Assembly: GCA_964582975.1 (NCBI GenBank)
Contig: CAZOUO010000004.1
Span: 1 to 46,014 of the forward strand
Origin: an uncultured Thermotogae bacterium
GTDB lineage: Bacteria > Bipolaricaulota > Bipolaricaulia > UBA7950 > UBA9294
Length of the DNA stretch: 46,014 bases
Reading direction: 5' to 3'
Notes under the pieces: model-generated
Database searches by the model: none
Told to the model about the DNA's origin: nothing
Seen by the model: only the letters and a program-made list of their open reading frames with translations
Part shown: positions 18,251 through 28,388 of the stretch, piece by piece
Layout: each line of letters begins with the position of its first letter
Position numbering within the stretch: the first letter of the stretch is position 1
Position numbers and translations under genes: made by a program

Positions 18251-19529
18251 TCTGTTTCATGCGTCTCCTCGAATGCCTGGCATCGCGACATACCTGCCAG
18301 AATATGGTTGGAAGGCGACCATAGTTACCCCGCCTGTAAGTACGTGCGCTGAGGAGCGTTTAGGATTTCCTGAGCAGTTCTTTCAAAGAGTTGAAATTGT
18401 TGAAGCCCCTTATCGAGGAGATATATTTTGGTTATGGAGAAAAGTATTTAAAATCATGGGATTCAAAGAAGTGAGCAGCATCACCGAACAAGTGAAAGAA
18501 CGAATTGGCACGACTTCCCAGAGGTCCTTTATTGATGTAATGCTACGTTTCTATCAGGAGGTCTTTGCGTACCCCGATACCGAGAAGACATGGAGAAAAG
18601 CGGCCCTAAGAGCAGCCAGTGATGTTTTGTCGAAAGAGGATTTCGACGCTATTCTCAGTAGCTCACCCTTTCCCACCACACATATAATCGCTTCTGAGCT
18701 AAAAAAGCGGTTTGGGGTACCCTGGCTTGCCGATTTTCGGGACCCCTGGACACGGAATCACAACTATCCTTTTGGAGCTATCAGAAGGCATTTTGAGGAG
18801 AAGCTGGAAATAGCAACGCTTCGGCACGCAGGTGCTCTAACTACGGCAGCGGAGGCATACGCTGGAAAGCAAGAAGAGATACACAAGAGGTCAACTACAG
18901 TCATCACGAACGGGTTTGACCCGGAGACTCTGAACAGGCCACCTATTCCCCTGTCCCGCAAATTCACAATTACTTACACCGGGAGAATATACACTGGCAA
19001 ACAGAAACCTGAGACGTTGCTTGCCGCTTTGGAAGGTCTCTGTTTCAATGGTGCAATTGACATAGCAGATATCGAGATCTGGTGGTGTGGGCCACTGCAA
19101 CATTGGTTAATTAGAAAATGTGCCGAATATGGTCTTGAGGGGGTCATTCGCCATTTCGGCATAGTCTCAAGACTTGAATCCATTCGAATGCAACAAGAAT
19201 CCCAGATTCTCCTTCTCTTTGATTGGGAGGATCCTGAAGTGGGGGGTGTATGCCCCGGGAAAACCTTTGAGTATCTCGCCGCACAAAGACCGATTCTTGT
19301 TGTTGGGGGATTCCCTGGAAGTGAAGTAGGGGGCTTGATCTTAAGTACAAAAGCGGGTATCCATACCCCTAGTGTTGGAGAGACCAAGAGCGCTCTTTTG
19401 GACTTCTATGCTGAATTCAAGCAAAGCGGGGTGGTCTCATATCGTGGTAATCTGCAGGCAATAATGCAGTATAGCTACCTAAGAATCGCAAAAAAGTTCT
19501 CTGCTGTTCTCAACAAGGTGGCAGAATGA
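18225..19529 (+). CDS. Glycosyltransferase (GT4-like)
   Basis: SSSPFP, WLADFRDPW, ITNGFD, PGKTFEYLAAQRPIL. Confidence 0.88.
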   Translation: MKRVLIVANLFHASPRMPGIATYLPEYGWKATIVTPPVSTCAEERLGFPEQFFQRVEIVEAPYRGDIFWLWRKVFKIMGFKEVSSITEQVKERIGTTSQRSFIDVMLRFYQEVFAYPDTEKTWRKAALRAASDVLSKEDFDAILSSSPFPTTHIIASELKKRFGVPWLADFRDPWTRNHNYPFGAIRRHFEEKLEIATLRHAGALTTAAEAYAGKQEEIHKRSTTVITNGFDPETLNRPPIPLSRKFTITYTGRIYTGKQKPETLLAALEGLCFNGAIDIADIEIWWCGPLQHWLIRKCAEYGLEGVIRHFGIVSRLESIRMQQESQILLLFDWEDPEVGGVCPGKTFEYLAAQRPILVVGGFPGSEVGGLILSTKAGIHTPSVGETKSALLDFYAEFKQSGVVSYRGNLQAIMQYSYLRIAKKFSAVLNKVAE

Positions 19530-20203
19530 CAGAACAAGCCGATGCTAATGTTGGGTCGGGCACCAAAAGCGACTATTACTTGAGAAAACTGGATTTTCTT
19601 GACTGGTACCGTTATTACTACATAGTCAAAGCAATTATTAAGTTCAATTCGCAGCACATCTTGGAGATAGGTTCGGGCAGCGGTATAGTTAAGAATTGCC
19701 TTCAGCCTTTCGTGAGTCGATACATGGTACTAGACATAAACCCCAGATTGCAGCCAGATATTGTAGCCGATGTGCGTGTGTACAGAAAGGAATTTGAGAA
19801 GCAATTCGATTGCGTCATTGCAGCGGATGTGCTTGAGCATATACCGTTCCCTCATGTGGAGAGGAGCTTGTGTAATTTACATCGCTATCTAAGAGACAAC
19901 GGGAAGGCCGTTCTTACCGTCCCACATCGTAGGAGCCACTTCCTATTCATGACACCTACTTATAAGCCGCACATTATGACTATCCCGACAGGTTTACTCA
20001 GCCCTGGCGCGTTTTACCGCCGGTTCATTAACCGCCAAATCTGGATCGATCCGGATCACTGCTGGGAGATCGGCGATGGAAGGATAAAGAAGTCCGACGT
20101 TGAAGTTGCGTTCAGGAACGCCGGTTTCTCCATAGAAAGCTTCAGGAAACTTCTCTATGTGGATTTCTGGACGCTAAAGAAAGACTACGGGAGGGGAACC
20201 TGA
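19526..20203 (+). CDS. Class I SAM-dependent methyltransferase
   Basis: ILEIGSGSG, FDCVIAADVLEHIP, HCWEIG. Confidence 0.88.
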   Translation: MTEQADANVGSGTKSDYYLRKLDFLDWYRYYYIVKAIIKFNSQHILEIGSGSGIVKNCLQPFVSRYMVLDINPRLQPDIVADVRVYRKEFEKQFDCVIAADVLEHIPFPHVERSLCNLHRYLRDNGKAVLTVPHRRSHFLFMTPTYKPHIMTIPTGLLSPGAFYRRFINRQIWIDPDHCWEIGDGRIKKSDVEVAFRNAGFSIESFRKLLYVDFWTLKKDYGRGT

Positions 20204-20441
20204 GCCACCTGAGTCGCTTTTCAGATGGCGAATGACAACCCCGAGAATCGCAGCGCAGCAAGGACTTTTATGTTACCTATTCTTGTGAAGTTTCGCAGCA
20301 GGCCCTCGCTGGAAGGTATTGGATACCGTTTGCTCTGGTCTCGATCGAGATCAGTTTTGCGCCGCTCTCTACAGGGTTCTCTTTTTCTTATGTTTTCTGG
20401 GAGGGACTCTCTGCGCCTGTGCTTTGGCCAATATCGGATTA

Positions 20442-21272
20442 GAAGCAGTTTCAAAAGTTTGATTAGATCAGGTATCCTGGAAGCATGAGGGGGAATGAAC
20501 TAACGGATGAGCAGTGGAAGTGGATTCGACCGTTACTTCCACTGCAAGGACGAATGGGCGGCCACGGGCGGATGATCGTAAGGTGCTAAACGGGATTCTG
20601 TATGTTTTGCGAACCGGCTGTCGGTGGAAGGACATGCCACAAGAGTACGGAGCGTATGTAACGGCGTGGAGGAGATTGCAACGGTGGGAGGAGGAAGGGG
20701 TGTGGGACCAGATCTGGCAGGCATTCCTTTCCAATTTGGATGAGGAAGGGGAACTGGAGTGGGCACGAGCCTTTCTGGATGGGAGCTTTGTTCCGGCAAA
20801 AAGGGGGGAGAAGGAATCGGCTTAACTAAAGTTGGCAAGGGGACGAAGCGCATGTTGGCCACGGATGGGAAGGGAATTCCGCTTGCTTTCTTGTTGGCCA
20901 GTGCCACCTGTGCGGAAGTCAAGTTGGCGGAGGCGACTCTGGAGCGGATCCGCGTTCCTCGCAAGCGGGGTCGGCCGCGGAAACGCCCGAAGAGGCTGGT
21001 GGCAGACCGGGCATATGACTCTGATCCCTTGAGGGGATGGCTTCGTCGTAAAGGGGTTCGTCCGTGTATTCCACCGCGAAAGAACCGCAAGGGACGGCGC
21101 AAGACCTGGGAGGAGGAATACAAGAAGCGGTGGCATGTGGAACGGACCTTTGCCTGGATGGGGAATTATCGCAGGCTACTGGTACGGCATGAGCGGCTGC
21201 TCTCGGTGTACGAGGGGTTCTTCGCCCTGGCGTGCATCATGATCTGCCTAGGGAAACTTTTGAAATGACTTC
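20442..21272 (+). mobile_element. IS5-family insertion sequence (two-ORF type)
   Basis: Inverted ends GAAGCAGTTTCAAAAGTTT / AAACTTTTGAAATGACTTC, flanked by TA on both sides. Confidence 0.9.
20485..21268 (+). pseudogene. IS5 transposase with a typical A/G-run frameshift plus an extra 1-nt deletion near 20555
   Basis: LTDEQW, RTGCRWKDMP, LDGS, ADRAYD, RWHVERTFAW; slippery AAAAAGGGGGG at ~20798-20808. Confidence 0.85.
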
Positions 21273-21466
21273 TAGGTATTCATGTTTCTTTCTGTAAAGG
21301 AGAAGAGCATCAGGTATTCGCAAGCACTGCTCCTAAGTCTTTAACGTGTCGCATATACCTCGCAGTCTTACGCAATCTCTTTGAGGTCCTAACCGCTGGA
21401 CGATTTTGGTCCAACCGATGTAGATACAAAAGAAAAAGGGAATAGTATGCAAGAAGGGTCAACCTA

Positions 21467-22056
21467 ATGGTTAAATGTCTTTCTGACACCATCGTTTCTC
21501 TGACAGGGCAGAACTTCTCATTTTCTTTCCGCTCATGGGCTAGGTTGTGCTTCTAATCCAATTCCGTTCTGAGGGACTGGTCTTCTATCGCAGTGTAAGA
21601 GTGGGCAGGCATGGAAAAACATCTCAAATATACAAGTTCAGAACAATGATTGCTAACGTAGACAAGATCGCTGTACCATTTACCGCAAGTGACGACCCTA
21701 GGGTTACCTGAGCTGGAAAGCTCCTCAGAAAGTATAAGCTGGACGAGCTACCGTAATCGATTAACGTCCTCAAAGGTGAAATGAGCATTGTTGGACCGCG
21801 ACCAGAAGTCCCGATGTACGTGGGCATGTTCACCGAGAAAGAGAAAGCCATCTTAACGGTTCGCCCTGGCATGACTGACTGGGCATCTTTGTGGAATATC
21901 GATGAAGGAGGTATCTTGGCCGGTAGCCCCGACCCGGACAAGATGTACGCCAAAGAAGTCAGACCAAACAAGATTCAGTTCCAACTAGCGTACGCACACA
22001 CCAACTCCTTCCTTGGGGACGCCGGAATCATCCTAAGAGCATTAGCACGATCTTGA
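21467..22056 (+). pseudogene. Decayed sugar transferase (priming phosphoglycosyltransferase), paralog of 29495-30160
   Basis: YKFRTM, DELP, GEMSIVGPRPE recognisable; in-frame stops at ~21709 and ~21754 and 5' frameshifts. Confidence 0.85.
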
Positions 22057-22537
22057 CCCTAGAGACGCCCGATGATCCCGAGAGGCGGTTTGAGAGGATA
22101 CTCTAAAAGGCGCTCTGTTGAACGAGGAAGACTGCTTTCCGTGGTGAGAGGACGGTTGCTTGCTGAAATCCGAAAATGGGTAGCGCTTGACGCCCAGTAT
22201 ATTTCTACATAACATGAGACCACCAGTCCTGAATTTGCAAAAGGACATTGGCTTTGGGTAGCGGCGTCTCCTCTGCGATTCAAATCTTCGAGGACCGCGA
22301 AGGGCTCCAAAGGAGAAGGGGGGAACATCTTACCCATCTCTACGGTGGTTGAGGAACTATCGCGGCCGGCAGCAGCATGATTGGCACCCCAAAAAGCGAG
22401 GATTTAATCAAGTTCAAGTCTTGGACAAAATGGAGTCGTTCGCAGTCTTCATGAGCAACTTCACTAAAATTCTACTAGGATGGCGGGAGAGGCAATTGCC
22501 CGAAGCTTTTCGAAGGGTAGCGTGAGGAGGCAACCCA

Positions 22538-23485
22538 ATGACCGCTGAAGCAGTGTACTCAGTGATCGTCCCAGTCTTCAATGAGGAAGAAGTCCTGGAT
22601 GAGCTTCACAAGCGACTTACTGCTGTCATGCAGAAGCGCGGTGAGCCGTACGAGATCATCTTTGTCGATGATGGCAGCTCTGATAGATCGATCGAGATCC
22701 TGAAGGCTCTATTCAAGCAGGACAAACACATCAGGATCATCCGTTTTAGCAGAAACTTCGGACATCAAATGGCAATCACGGCTGGACTAGACCGAGCCTC
22801 CGGGAAAGCCGCGATCGTAATAGATGCAGACTTACAGGATCCGCCTGAGGTCATTCCAAAGTTCATCGACAAATGGCGCGAGGGATTCGAAGTGGTCTAT
22901 GGGTTGAGAGAAAAGCGATACGGCGAGAGCATCTTCAAGAAGGCGACCGCCTGGCTCTTCTATCGGCTTCTGAGGAAGCTTGTTGCAGTGGAACTCCCCC
23001 TGGATGTGGGCGATTTCAGGCTGATCGACAGGAAGGTGATCGATGCTCTCAGAAGAATCAGGGAGCAAAATCGTTATATGCGTGGACTAACAAGTTGGGT
23101 AGGATTCAAGCAAGCGGGCGTTCCATATGTGCGAGCAGAGAGAGCCGCTGGATCAACCAAGTATTCTCTCCGGAAAATGCTCAAGTTAGCATGGGATGGC
23201 GTATTCTCATTTTCGAGGATCCCTGTCAAAGCGTCGATGTACCTCGGGTTCTTGACCGCAAGTTTGAGCTTTCTATATCTCATTTCCATCGTCTTCCTGA
23301 GGATATTCGCCGGCACAAGTATTCGCGGGTGGTCTTCTATTATGGGGATTGTCCTTTTCTTGGGCGGTGTTCAGCTAATAAGCCTAGGCATCCTTGGAGA
23401 ATACGTTGGCAGGATAAGCGAGGACGTGAGAGGCAGGCCGCTGTACATCGTACGTGAGTATGTTGAGCCGGACTCCGATGACTAA
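22538..23485 (+). CDS. GT2 polyprenol-phosphate glycosyltransferase (GtrB/ArnC/CsbB-like)
   Basis: VDDGSSD, FSRNFGHQ, DADLQDPP, GDFRLIDR, two C-terminal TM helices, RPLYIV. Confidence 0.92.
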   Translation: MTAEAVYSVIVPVFNEEEVLDELHKRLTAVMQKRGEPYEIIFVDDGSSDRSIEILKALFKQDKHIRIIRFSRNFGHQMAITAGLDRASGKAAIVIDADLQDPPEVIPKFIDKWREGFEVVYGLREKRYGESIFKKATAWLFYRLLRKLVAVELPLDVGDFRLIDRKVIDALRRIREQNRYMRGLTSWVGFKQAGVPYVRAERAAGSTKYSLRKMLKLAWDGVFSFSRIPVKASMYLGFLTASLSFLYLISIVFLRIFAGTSIRGWSSIMGIVLFLGGVQLISLGILGEYVGRISEDVRGRPLYIVREYVEPDSDD

Positions 23486-23816
23486 GTATCTAATCGTGTT
23501 GCTGTCCGTAGTATTGGCCGCCTGCGGACAGGTTTTATTGAAGAAGGGAGCTAGCGCTGGTACAAGCGTTATGGCAATAGCCGGAAGTCTCCATACCTGG
23601 GTCGGTTTGTTCTGTTATTTCCTAAGTGCGATAATGTGGGTTGCAGTTCTGTCGCGAATGGACCTAAGCTATGTCTACCCATTCACCATTGTGACTTATA
23701 TCCTGGTTATGGTCGCCGCCCATTTCTTATTGGGTGAGAGAGCAGCGACCAAGAACCTGGTGATCGGATCTATCTTCATCATCATAGGGATTATTACGAT
23801 TAATCTCCGCACTTGA
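23478..23816 (+). CDS. Small EamA/SMR-like membrane protein (ArnE/ArnF-like flippase)
   Basis: GQVLLKKG, LSRMDLSYVYP, four TM helices. Confidence 0.82.
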   Translation: MTKYLIVLLSVVLAACGQVLLKKGASAGTSVMAIAGSLHTWVGLFCYFLSAIMWVAVLSRMDLSYVYPFTIVTYILVMVAAHFLLGERAATKNLVIGSIFIIIGIITINLRT

Positions 23817-24066
23817 AATGTGTGCTATCACGATTGACGATGCAGTCAACCAGTGTTGGGGTTTCTGCTGCCGATGGATTACACGATCCAAAGGAGAGTC
23901 TACACCGATGGCTTGGCAGTTCCCTGCAATCATGATGATACAGGATTCCGCCCTCACCTCCATTTGATGGATCAGTGTTCGCGTGGAATCGGATTAGGGC
24001 TGTGAGTGAGGGTACCCAAACTGACTAAGAGTGCATCTACGCAGGAGGAGGCAGAGCCAGATTCAC

Positions 24067-24798
24067 ATGGAAAAAACTTTCTACAGGGAATACTTCCATT
24101 TTGAAGAAAAGCACTGGTGGTTTCGCGGGAGAGAGAAGATCGTGACCGCCGTTCTTCGCAAGTACTTACTGGACACGATAACGCCGCAGATCTTGGATGC
24201 GGGAACCGGGACCGGAAGAATGCTTCAAGTGTTGGGGCAATACGGGGAAACAACCGGCCTCGACAAGAGTAAGGACGCAATTGGATTTTGCAGGGAAAGA
24301 GGCATAGAGAACGTGATCGAGGCCGATGCCGAATCAATTCCATTCAAATCCTGTTCCTTTGACCTTTTGAGCGCGATGGATCTCTTAGAGCATCTTGACA
24401 ATGATGTTGCTGCTCTCAAGGAATTCCATAGGGTCCTCCGCAAGGACGGTTTGTTGTTGCTAACTGTACCTGCGTTTATGTTTCTGTGGAGCGCTCATGA
24501 TGTCATTAATCATCACAGGAGACGTTATACTAAGAAATACCTCGTTAACGCCGTCAGGACGGCGGGGTTTAAGATCGAGAAAGCATCTTATTTCAACTCC
24601 CTGCTTTTTCCCATTGTCCTCCTGCAACGTCTCGTTAAGAGAGTCAGGAAAAGCGAAGTCGTGAAATCAGATTTGAAAGAGTATCCTCCCTTTGTAAATG
24701 CAGTTCTCGAGAAAGTGTTTGTGTTGGAGAAATTCCTGCTCCGACACTGCGATTTGCCAGTAGGGGTGTCAATTCTGTGCATAGCGCGAAGGGCTTGA
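24067..24798 (+). CDS. Class I SAM-dependent methyltransferase
   Basis: HWWFRGR, ILDAGTGTG, DLLEHL, LWSAHD..NHHRRRY. Confidence 0.9.
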   Translation: MEKTFYREYFHFEEKHWWFRGREKIVTAVLRKYLLDTITPQILDAGTGTGRMLQVLGQYGETTGLDKSKDAIGFCRERGIENVIEADAESIPFKSCSFDLLSAMDLLEHLDNDVAALKEFHRVLRKDGLLLLTVPAFMFLWSAHDVINHHRRRYTKKYLVNAVRTAGFKIEKASYFNSLLFPIVLLQRLVKRVRKSEVVKSDLKEYPPFVNAVLEKVFVLEKFLLRHCDLPVGVSILCIARRA

Positions 24799-25617
24799 GC
24801 TATGTCTTGGTAGACTCGTCTCGAAGAGAGTGGGGAACCCTATTGACCGAACGAGGCGGGATGCGGAGAATGCAGAGCGAGCAGCGGGTTCCCTCAACGA
24901 CGCGTCCGTAAGATGGTGGAAGAGACACATTTTACAACAAGCTGGGTTTCTCGACAGTCTACAGAGAAGAGATTTCCTGCGAATGTATCTGCAGGCTATC
25001 CGTTCGCAACGCTACGAACAGCTGTCCGTGGAACACGATGTCTCCTCGACAGTAGGACTCGATGGGAACTCCGATTCGAGTACTTCTATGGCGTCTTGAA
25101 GGGAGGCTTCCGCTATCTTGGGGCAGCGGGGAAGACGCGACGGCTACAGCCGGCGTGTAGAATCACAGCTTTGCGGAAGTTCGCACGGAGAAGGTACAGG
25201 GTCTGAGGATCTAGTGGTGGTTGGAAGGAATGCGCGGGATACCTGGTGTTCACATCGGACCGCCCAATTCAGCGTGGACAGTGCGTGATGCGTTGTACTG
25301 CCTAGCAACGACAAACGATGAGACAAGGCACGCCCTCCACAAGTGGCTACAGACGATGGTTCGTTAGCAGGTGCTACAGAAGTGGATACCGGGAACAGGG
25401 GCAAAGCCCTGTATACCGCGGGAGCATGTCGGGGAATGTACACGGGGAGTGGTATTAGGATGATGCGGGAAGGATTGCCGAAGGCGCTGTGTATCAACAC
25501 CCGGTCAGGGGATTCCACGAGTTTGTAGATTAGGTGCAGAACGAGGAGTGCCTTCTTGATTCAATCCGGAAAGAGATGAGGGAGAGACATAGTACGATGG
25601 AAGGTAATGACATAGGG

Positions 25618-28152
25618 ATGAATCGAAAAAAACCAGGGATCTGGGCGAACCTGGATCATATTCTAGATTCAAATGCTCTGTACATCGTCTTGATTGTTCT
25701 CTGTGTCATTCTTTTCGTGGTGCAGATCAATCTGCCTCCATGTGAAAGGTATCCTGGCTGGGACGAGTTCTGGATAGACGTTAGACAAAGCGGTAAGCTA
25801 TACTCACTGCGGTATGCATTAGCAGAAGGGGAATTGCCCTATATTGATCCCTATACAGGATTCGGATGGAACTTAGTCGGCGACCATCATTCGTTCTGGT
25901 CTCCTATCAACCTTTTCGTTACCGTGTTTTCCCCAAGCACGGTCATGGTTTTGGCCAGAATAGGTGTATTGCTACTTGGAGGTATAGGTGGCTTTTTGTA
26001 CTTGCTGTTACTCACAAATAATAGGTTTACATCCTTTCTGGGTGGATTGGCTTATGTTACTACGCCTTTTGTGCTGAGTCTGATGTTCCCGATCACCTTT
26101 GGTTTCTACTTCGTTCCGCTCATGCTCGTCTTGATCCATAGGCTATTGGACCACATGAGTACGAAGAGATTGGTGCTTTTCGTATTCTTCTGCGCGATTG
26201 CAGTCGCTGCGTGCGACATTTACTTCCTGCCAGTCCTCTTCGCTGTGAGTTTTCTTTACACATTCGTCATCGCAAACTGGTACTGTCGGTCGGGGTTCAT
26301 AGCATCTTTGAAAATCGCGTTCGCTTTGCTGCTTCTGTCCGCCTTATCGGGAGCGTTTTACATTGTCCCTCTCTACAGCAATCTGCGTGCCATCTCAGCC
26401 GCGCTCAGACCGTTCAGAACTCTGAATCTGTATCCGATGGGAGCTGGGCGCGTTGATTTCCTTTGGTTCTTCAGGCAGTATGGGTTCGAATCCCTCTATA
26501 AGCCTCTCGAAGGTTCAGCGCTTCTACTGTACATACCATCGGCGTTCTATGTCAGCATCATAATCGGATTATTGTTCAACAAGGTTGTGTTCAAGGACAA
26601 ACGCAGGCAAGTTGCGGTGCTAGCCTGTCTAGTTTTTCTCGGGACAGTGATGTTCTTAGGGAGTGTGGCGTTTTACAGCCCTCTCTTTTTCAAGATTTTC
26701 CCAAGTCTAGTGGAAGGCGCAAGAGGTGTTCTCCGAGTTCACATAAACCTTATCCCATTCGTAAATTTGCTTGCTGGATTCCTATGTTTTGCAGCAATAA
26801 GCAATATAAGAAGCAAAAGAGTCCGGATAGGATTATATGCCCTGGTAGTAGCAGGTTCGTTGAGTACTGATTTGTTGTTATTCGGCTCCTGTCGAGTATC
26901 AGATAGGCCATTTGCAAGTTCCAATATTATACACATTTATTTCAGAAACACATGGGACGCCTTACCGTGGCTAAACATTACGTACGTATTCCTTTTGATG
27001 TCTCACACTCTCCTACAGAGGTGGCGAAAAGATGGGACCAAGCGGTTCATCCAGGGGAGCTTCATCCTATCAGCATTCGTCCTTACATTGGTAAATGTGT
27101 CTGTCTACAATGAGTTGCTCGTCCAAAGCAGTCCCCGATCTTTGACTAGAAATCCATATCGCTGGGCCAACTACCTATATAGAAAGGAATGTATAGATGA
27201 GAAAATAGATAGGACTGATCTGAACTACAGAGTACTATATGCGGGTGAAGGGAAAGTAGTAAGTTCCAGTGGTAGAGATTGGCGGTTAATTGCGGAAACG
27301 GAGCTTCACACCTGGGATCGTGAAAAAGCCCTGTTTTCCTATCGCGAGTTCACTCACCCGTACACTGGGTTGCTGCGAGGGACATTCCATCCAGAGGGCG
27401 GATTCTACCGGTCGAATATCTTCCCCCCACTGAGTGCGGAGGTTGAGCATAACATGAATACTATCAGACTCATGGGGGTTAAGTACGTAGTGAGCGCGGG
27501 AGAGAAGATAGAGGCTCAGGATCTTGTTCTCAGGGGAGAATGCAGATCAAACCACGGTCCGCCTGGCATATACAAAGAGGGAAACAGGTGGGACATATAC
27601 TATTCAGAGGGTGGCCCCATTTACATATACGAAATGGTCAATCCCATGGGCATTGCTTTCCTCGTTGACAAGTATGTGAAGGTGGGCCTAGGAGATGCTT
27701 TGTTGGTTCTTTACGAAAACAAACAGCATCCGTGGGAGCACAATCTCGTTCTTCTCGAGGCAGACCCTGTCGACAATTATGAACAAGGCGATGAGGGTCT
27801 TGGAGACGCAGTCTATGGACTAGAGAGTGAAGCACAGATAACGCGAGAAACATACAACACGATCGAAATAAAAGCGAGCTCTCCCGAAGAGGCATACCTG
27901 GTATTGAGTTATATATACAAACCAGATTGGAAAGCATATATTGATTCCTCAGAAGTTCCAATCTATAGAGCCTATGGCGGATTTATGTGTGTGCAAGTGC
28001 CGGCGGGAGTGCATACTATTACGTTCAAATATTATCCAGTCGATTCCTACGTGGGGTTTGGAATCACTGCTGTTGGATTCTTGATTCCTTTTTGCATTAG
28101 CATAGTACGTAGAGCGGCGAGAAAAAACATACGACAAGGCTGTAGTTTCTGA
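25618..28152 (+). CDS. YfhO-like GT-C fold membrane glycosyltransferase
   Basis: GELPYIDPY..G N-terminal loop, many TM helices, GVKYVV, LVLS..Y.PDWKAYID, VPAGVHTITFKY; start may be 25534-25618. Confidence 0.8.
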   Translation: MNRKKPGIWANLDHILDSNALYIVLIVLCVILFVVQINLPPCERYPGWDEFWIDVRQSGKLYSLRYALAEGELPYIDPYTGFGWNLVGDHHSFWSPINLFVTVFSPSTVMVLARIGVLLLGGIGGFLYLLLLTNNRFTSFLGGLAYVTTPFVLSLMFPITFGFYFVPLMLVLIHRLLDHMSTKRLVLFVFFCAIAVAACDIYFLPVLFAVSFLYTFVIANWYCRSGFIASLKIAFALLLLSALSGAFYIVPLYSNLRAISAALRPFRTLNLYPMGAGRVDFLWFFRQYGFESLYKPLEGSALLLYIPSAFYVSIIIGLLFNKVVFKDKRRQVAVLACLVFLGTVMFLGSVAFYSPLFFKIFPSLVEGARGVLRVHINLIPFVNLLAGFLCFAAISNIRSKRVRIGLYALVVAGSLSTDLLLFGSCRVSDRPFASSNIIHIYFRNTWDALPWLNITYVFLLMSHTLLQRWRKDGTKRFIQGSFILSAFVLTLVNVSVYNELLVQSSPRSLTRNPYRWANYLYRKECIDEKIDRTDLNYRVLYAGEGKVVSSSGRDWRLIAETELHTWDREKALFSYREFTHPYTGLLRGTFHPEGGFYRSNIFPPLSAEVEHNMNTIRLMGVKYVVSAGEKIEAQDLVLRGECRSNHGPPGIYKEGNRWDIYYSEGGPIYIYEMVNPMGIAFLVDKYVKVGLGDALLVLYENKQHPWEHNLVLLEADPVDNYEQGDEGLGDAVYGLESEAQITRETYNTIEIKASSPEEAYLVLSYIYKPDWKAYIDSSEVPIYRAYGGFMCVQVPAGVHTITFKYYPVDSYVGFGITAVGFLIPFCISIVRRAARKNIRQGCSF

Positions 28153-28388
28153 CAGTGCTGAAGGTAGAAAAGGGAGGTCAAGGAGTGTTGAGCGTGCGCG
28201 CGCAAAATGTCAATCGACTGCAGGGAGCAGACGTTCTGGTAGAACTACAGTGTGGGTGATTTGGGAGGATAACTAAGGTGGGCTCAGAGAGGAATATGAA
28301 AATATGTACGGGCTGATGACATCAAGTTATTGAGAGGCAAGAAACAGAGTTGCGCTGATGGGAGCCAATCGATCAGGGGTGGATGGGA

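Larger units (their letters stand above)
20260..21420 (+). pseudogene. Decayed 3' part of a GT2 glycosyltransferase, split by IS5
   Basis: IS flanks align with ~29100-29440 (gctttggccaatatcggat vs gctttggccaacatcggat); boundaries approximate. Confidence 0.65.
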
